From assembly GCA_031835245.2 (NCBI GenBank), contig JAVKOQ020000052.1, positions 124,001-188,000 of the forward strand: a stretch of 64,000 nucleotides of DNA. Reading direction: 5' to 3'. Each line of letters begins with the position of its first letter. The first letter of the stretch is position 1. Source of the stretch: Balamuthia mandrillaris. Its lineage: Eukaryota. Below are positions 58,567-64,000 of the stretch, in pieces. The notes under the pieces were generated by a model. It saw only the letters and a list, made by a program, of their open reading frames with translations, was not told the origin of the DNA and did not search any database. Both the position numbers and the translations under genes were made by a program.

Positions 58567-58752
58567 TGTCGACAATCTGGGGGGTCGTTTTTGGAATTTG
58601 TGACATCGGTTTTATCTTTACATGGAAATTGTCGACGTCAATGAACAAAAAAGAAACATGACGTCGCGGGCGTACTTTTCCGGTATAGGATGACATCAGC
58701 TGCGGATGGATGACATCACGGTTTGCTTTTTCCTGTGTGGTATGACATCAGC
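58567..58752. promoter_or_regulatory. Bidirectional promoter (Rab1 / dsRBD gene) with 2x GTCGAC and 3x ATGACATCA
   Basis: TGTCGACA 58567, GTCGAC 58631, TGACATCA 58691, 58711, 58743. Confidence 0.6.
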
Positions 58753-58858
58753 TTGGCAACAAAGAAAAATAAAAAGGGAGGAAGAAGAGAACGACAAAGA
58801 AGAGCTTCACTGCGATCCTTCGAAATCATTGAGTGAAAAAAAAAACAAAACAAACCAG

Positions 58859-59171
58859 ATGAAGTGTCCTTCCTGTGGCCATGATGTAACCCCTCGTCAG
58901 ACCATCGTGCGAGTGAAGGACCACGCCCTGGGCACGATCATCCCGCTGCGCCCAAACGAGGACATGGCCGCTTTCTTCCTTCGCATCAAGAAGGTCCTCG
59001 GCGCAGACATAGACCTCAAGCTCACCGGGGAGGAGCTGGACCGCTTCACCATGTTACAGGACCCCGCGGGCACTTTCCGCTACCCCCTCTCCCCCGAAGT
59101 ATTGGTCACCGAGGTGTGTCCTGGACAGGACGTACCCATTTGGGAATTACGTCTCACCGATCCTTTTTCTT

Positions 59172-59202
<31 letters not shown>

Positions 59203-59912
59203 TTCTTCTTCTGCTGCTGCTTCTTCTTCTTCAACTACCACTGCTACTTCTACTCCCCTTTCTCCTCCTTCTTCGTCTTCGCCTCCTCCTCCGTCTTCAC
59301 CCGCTTCTCCTTCTTCTCTGCGAAACAAGAACAGTAAACAACGATCGTCCTCTCCACCACCCTCTTCTTCTTCTCCCTTTCAACAGCAACAACAACAAAC
59401 CTCTCTAATGGATCTACTTCATCCGTCTCCTATCAGCAATCAAAAGCAGAAAGGTGGACCTCAAGTAATGCTGCGACAACAGATAGCTTTGGATGACCTG
59501 TTGTGCATGGAGGACTTGGAGGAGGAACTCGCGAGAGAGTGGGACGAGCAAGGCCCTCTTCCGCCCCTTCCTTCTTTCAGTATGTATACTCGTCAATTCT
59601 TCTCTTTCTTCATTCTTCATTCTTTGCTTCTTGCTTGGCTTCTTCTTTTCCTTTCTCCTCTCTTCTTTCTCCATTATCCATTCATTCTTCGTTCTGCAAT
59701 CTTTACTTCTTTCTCTTCGCTCTTTATTTTCTCATTTGTTTTTTCTCTCTGCATTTTCACGAGACAGGTGTGCCACCAACAAGCAAGTCTCCTCCCGTGT
59801 CCGTTCCAGCCTCGCGCGGAATAAATGCAGACAACGCAAAGAACAAACTGCAAGAACTGTACCAAAAGGAGTCTCTACCTTTGCCTCGGTATAATACCTC
59901 ACAGGGTAAATT

Positions 59913-59950
<38 letters not shown>

Positions 59951-60729
59951 CCCCTCTCCTTTCTCTTCTTCCTCCCTCACAGGGTAAATTTCTCTCTCTC
60001 TCTCTCTCTCTCTCGCTCTCTCTCTCTCTCTTTCTCTCTCCTTTCTCTTCTTCCTCCTTCCTTCTTTTGTTTCTGTTATTTCATTATAGTTGACACCCTT
60101 TCCTTCTCTCTCTCTCTCTCTCTCTCTCATTAAAGACTTGGGCACAAACAATCAACACCTGTTCGAGTCCGAAGTGGACATACACGCTCTGGCTGACTAT
60201 CACGACTATCCCATTCAAACAACGTTCAAAGCTACAGATAAGACCAAGACAGGGGCAGAAAAGCAAGCCGCGTTGAAGGCATTGACAGAAGTTTTCGCCT
60301 ATCTGGATTCTGTTGCAGCTGACAAAAGCCGTGCAGTTTCTTCTGTCCCTTCTTTTAAACATTCCTCTTCCTCTCCTGCTGCTCGGGAACTTAAAGCCAT
60401 TCTTAGCAATGTATCTAATGATCAGCCCCCACAAGGTTTGTATTTATTTAACGATCTTTCTAATCTTGCCTTCGCATTCTCTCTTCTCCCTTCTCACTGC
60501 TTTACTTCGCTCATAATCCGAAAAAACAACTCCAGCCAGAATGAACGAAGTGTATCAGCGTTGTTATCACACCTCTCCTTTTTACTCTTACGACAACGTA
60601 TCCGGCGAGACCGTTCTAACGCTTCCAGACGGCTCTGCTACCTTCCGAGAGCCGAGCCTCAACACCAAACCCACGCGCCTGAAGATTGCAGAACGGGTTT
60701 TGCGGTACTGGGAACGTCTTGTGGAGTGA
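58859..60729 (+). CDS. Double-stranded RNA-binding-domain protein with N-terminal CxxC and uncharacterised domain, multi-exon
   Basis: NAKNKLQELYQKESLPLPRY...FESEVDI...KTKTGAEKQAALKAL (dsRBD); last exon may be a second, degenerate dsRBD. Confidence 0.72.
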
Positions 60730-61066
60730 CCGCTCCTTCCTCGCTTCCTCACCTTTTTCATTTGCCATACCAAAGTATTCATCTCTCCTCTCTTCTATTT
60801 TTGCTCTATTAATTTCTGTTCTCTTTCCTCTTTTCTGTTCTCGTCTTTCTTCTATATTCTTTGCTTCTCTCCTCTTTGCTTCTCTATTCTTTGCTTCTCT
60901 TCTATCTCTTCTCTTTACTGTATTTTGTTGCCTTTGCTCTCTCTCCCTCCTTCCCTCCCTCTTCTTCGCTCTCTCTCCTCTCTTCTCCCTCCCTCCCTCT
61001 CCCTCCCTCCCTCTCTCTCCCTCCCTCTCTCTCTCTCCCTCTCCCTCTTCTTCCCTCCCTCTCTCT

Positions 61067-61104
<38 letters not shown>

Positions 61105-61363
61105 ACTTTTGTTATCGTATTTTTTCCACCAACTCCCAGACAAGTTTTTTCATTGTTTTATTTTTCATGTCTTTTCATTGGCCTTTCTTCAGATATTCTC
61201 TCCGCGCTCTAGCTCCTCACTGTGTGGGTACAACTTATTCAAACCTCTTCTCCTTCTTCTTCTTCTTCTTGTTTCGTATGGTTTCTTCTTAACTCTGTTT
61301 GTTTTTATTTCTCTTCTCTTTTCAAACGATCACACGACAAACAATAGAGAGAGAGAAGCGAAA

Positions 61364-61993
61364 ATGGCAAATGGCCACACTTCAAACTTTCCTCGCTGCC
61401 TACATTGCTTGGGATGGCTCCTCTTCGCCTTCTCTCTGATGTGGATCTGGGCCCAACCCTTCCTCTTTTACGTGCTCTGCTCCATCGGCGTCTGCCTCCT
61501 GGTGGTCAGCCTGGTGGCTCACCTCGCCGAGCGAAAGAGGAGGCAAAGAATGGAGCAAGAACGGGCCACCACGCTTGACACGGAAGAGCAGGACGGGCTG
61601 GGCGTGACCTATGTTGACATTGGAGAAGGAGGGGGAGGAGAAGGAGGAGACGCTTTGAGCTCATTGTCAACGTCAAACGGCGTCGCGCGATTGAGCATGT
61701 ATCAACAGAATCCGTACTCGCCGCCGTATTATGCCCAAATGGAGCCGCAGCGAAGCCACTTGTACCCTGCTGCTGCTTCGACCTCTTGCTTGCTGTGTCC
61801 GGACCCTTCTTCGGCCTCCCCTCCGCCTTCTCCATCCTCTGCTCATCACCACCACCATTATCCCTCTTACTTTCCTTCCCTTCCTCCGCTGTACCAACAA
61901 CAGCCACAACCACAACAACAACAAAGTCAACAACAACAACCGATCGCTCCAAGTTCTGGTCCACCTTCTCTCAACCCGCCTCTCAAGCTTTGA
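61364..61993 (+). CDS. Small membrane protein (2 TM) with Pro/Tyr-rich cytoplasmic tail
   Basis: AAAATGG start; CLGWLLFAFSLMWIW and FLFYVLCSIGVCLLVVSLVAHL followed by basic ERKRRQR; PPYY and PPLY motifs. Confidence 0.7.
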   Translation: MANGHTSNFPRCLHCLGWLLFAFSLMWIWAQPFLFYVLCSIGVCLLVVSLVAHLAERKRRQRMEQERATTLDTEEQDGLGVTYVDIGEGGGGEGGDALSSLSTSNGVARLSMYQQNPYSPPYYAQMEPQRSHLYPAAASTSCLLCPDPSSASPPPSPSSAHHHHHYPSYFPSLPPLYQQQPQPQQQQSQQQQPIAPSSGPPSLNPPLKL

Positions 61994-62897
61994 TGAAGTT
62001 TCAACGAAAGACAGAGGGCAGAGGAGACAAAAGAGGCTGCCAGAGGGCAGAGCTCAACAACTCCTTCCTTTTTTTTGCAGTCTTGCTTGCTAACAAGAAT
62101 GAGTCACGTACCACTTTGATACTGCTGTTTGTTCTTCGTGTGTAGTAACATAAAAACATCCAACGCTTTTTTTTGTCTGTGAAGAGAGCATCGGGAGACA
62201 TGAGAGGGGAGACACTCCTGTGATGCCTGAAAGAAGAGAGCAGAAGAGCAGAAGAAGAAGAAGAACGAAAGGAAGAAAAAGAGTGCATAGGGAGGCATGA
62301 GAGTGGAGCGAAGACACTCACGTGACGCTTGAAAGAAGAGAGAAGAGCAGAAGCACAAAGCCCAAGACGAAAACATCGCCAACATTTTTAATGGATTGAT
62401 TTAAATAATCAAAACACCAACGAAAAATCAAAAAAATGAGGACGCAACAATCAAAACACCAATGAACAATCGTACATACGTTCAACCGGAAACTTAAAAA
62501 AAAAACAGGAAAGAAAAATGGGACTGTCGCCTGACACGTAGACAAACCCAACAACCCCCTTCTTTTTCTTTCCCCCCTCATGGTTGTTTTTTTTGTTGGT
62601 GTGTTTATGTGGCGCTCCATATCCCACCCTCTGGACCAGTCGCTTCTTTTTTTCTTTTTATTTTTGACGGTTTCTCGATTTTTTTTTTGTATTTATTTAT
62701 TGCTGCTATAGAGAGACATGTCATTCGTTATTGGTGCGTCTCCATTCTGTTTTATGTTCGCACATACACACACCCCACGCAAAAAGGACCCTCTCGCCTC
62801 TCTTCTTTCCTCCTTCGCCACCCCCCGTTTTCCTTCCCATAGATCCATTTGGTTTTTTAGACCTGATACTGAAAAAAAAAACAAACAAAACGACAAA

Positions 62898-64000
62898 ATG
62901 GATGTGGTGATAGAGACCAAGATCTTGCCGACCGCTGCGACCGGAGGAGCCCTGTCCTTTCCGTTTCATGAAGGGCCACTGAAGGCTTCTTGTGTTGCTT
63001 CCTTTCACAAAGGTTCTCTCCCGCCCTCACTGAAGTTCTCTCTTCTTCTCTTGCCCCGCTCTCTTTGTCTCTGTCTCTTGTTCGCTCTTCTTCTCTTGCT
63101 CTCTTGTTCGCCCGCTCTCTGCTCTTCTCTTCTTCTCTTCTTCTCTTCTTCTCTTCTTCTCTTCTTCTCTTCTTCTCTTGCTCTCTTGTTCGCCCGCTCT
63201 CTGCTCTTCTCTTCTTCTCTCTTCTCTCGTTCTCTCTCCTCTCTCCTCTCTCCTCTCTCCTCTCTCCTCTCTCCTCTCTCTCCTCTCTCTCCTCTCTCTC
63301 CTCTCTCTCCTCTCCTCTCTCTCTGCTGCTCTCTTCTCGTTGTGCTGATGGTTCGTCGCTTCATGAAGTGGAGTGCTACACCAACACAGCTCTCCCACGC
63401 ACGGTATCGCCACCGGCGCAACGCTTGCTCTCCATGAGGCAGCAACAAAAGCCACCTGATGCAGTTTCTTCGCTTCTCTTGTCCTGCTGCATGATGCTGC
63501 TTCCGGACGAGCTTCTGTTGGAGATTTTGGGTCACCTGGACACATGTGACCTGCTTCGGGTGTCCATGGTGAACGCTCGCCTATCCTCTGTAGGACAAGA
63601 CGAGTCTTTATGGTAGTTTCTTTTTTTTTCTTTTGTTTGGACCTATATCAGAGTTGCTAAGTCACTTCTCTCTCTTCTCTTTGCTTCCCTCTCCTCTCTT
63701 TTCTGATGAAGGCAGAAGCTTTACTTGAGGAACGCGGATCCAGCGAATTCCGCTTTGAACGCAACGTGTAGCTATCGTAGCTACATGATGCGGTCTCTAG
63801 AAGAAGGACCAATGTTGCATGATGACCTCCTCTCCTTTAGACGTTTGGAAATCGAACGGTTTTCATTCCTTTCCCTCTCCTTGCGCTTGTTCTCTTCACT
63901 TCTTCATTCGGCACTCTTTGTTTTCATGGAATTTTTCTGACAAGAGTGCAAAAAGGTTTCGAACGCCCAGAACATGGGAACAACTAAGGAAAGTTTGTCG
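62898..64000 (+). CDS. F-box protein, 3' end runs out of the window; exons ~62898-63012, 63369-63612, 63712-...
   Basis: LLPDELLLEILGHLDTCDLLRVSMVNARLSSVGQDESLW|QKLY; phase-1 intron joins exon 1 in frame. Confidence 0.8.

Noticed and set aside
60686..61363. Apparent multi-TM N-terminal half of the 435-aa ORF
   Set aside because: Translation of CT-rich intron/UTR sequence (LSLSLS); the real start is probably ATG 61364

Overview
Gene-dense, intron-rich eukaryotic DNA with about 28 protein-coding genes in 64 kb. Introns are short GT-AG introns carrying (CT)n tracts, and many genes form head-to-head pairs. The gene content (extended F1-beta, paxillin, TK-like kinase, giant-virus-type ankyrin, bacterial-like intronless genes) suggests a free-living amoebozoan of the Acanthamoeba/Balamuthia type; this is inference only. 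Recognisable genes: ATP synthase delta and beta (divergent pair), paxillin, a pRiA4b-ORF3/MYND fusion, an RCC1-repeat protein, HLTF/RAD5, ASH2L, XPO1/CRM1, a Neverland-type Rieske sterol desaturase, a TKL kinase, striatin, TTC27, a CBS protein, a USP, a CUE/RanBP2-finger protein, an F-box ankyrin, a ChrR-type cupin, TRMT10, a TPR-SET protein, a 2OG-Fe(II) oxygenase, NF-YA, Rab1, a dsRBD protein, a small membrane protein and a partial F-box gene. Signals not captured by the ORF track: (i) arrays of the palindrome (T)GTCGAC(A) and of TGACATCA(GC) concentrated just upstream of start codons, a candidate promoter code; (ii) a frameshifted Harbinger/ISL2EU transposase relic; (iii) a ~140-aa C-terminal extension on F1-beta; (iv) a cluster of candidate horizontally acquired genes. 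I found no rRNA, complete tRNA or CRISPR array. Exon boundaries were read by eye and no database search was run.
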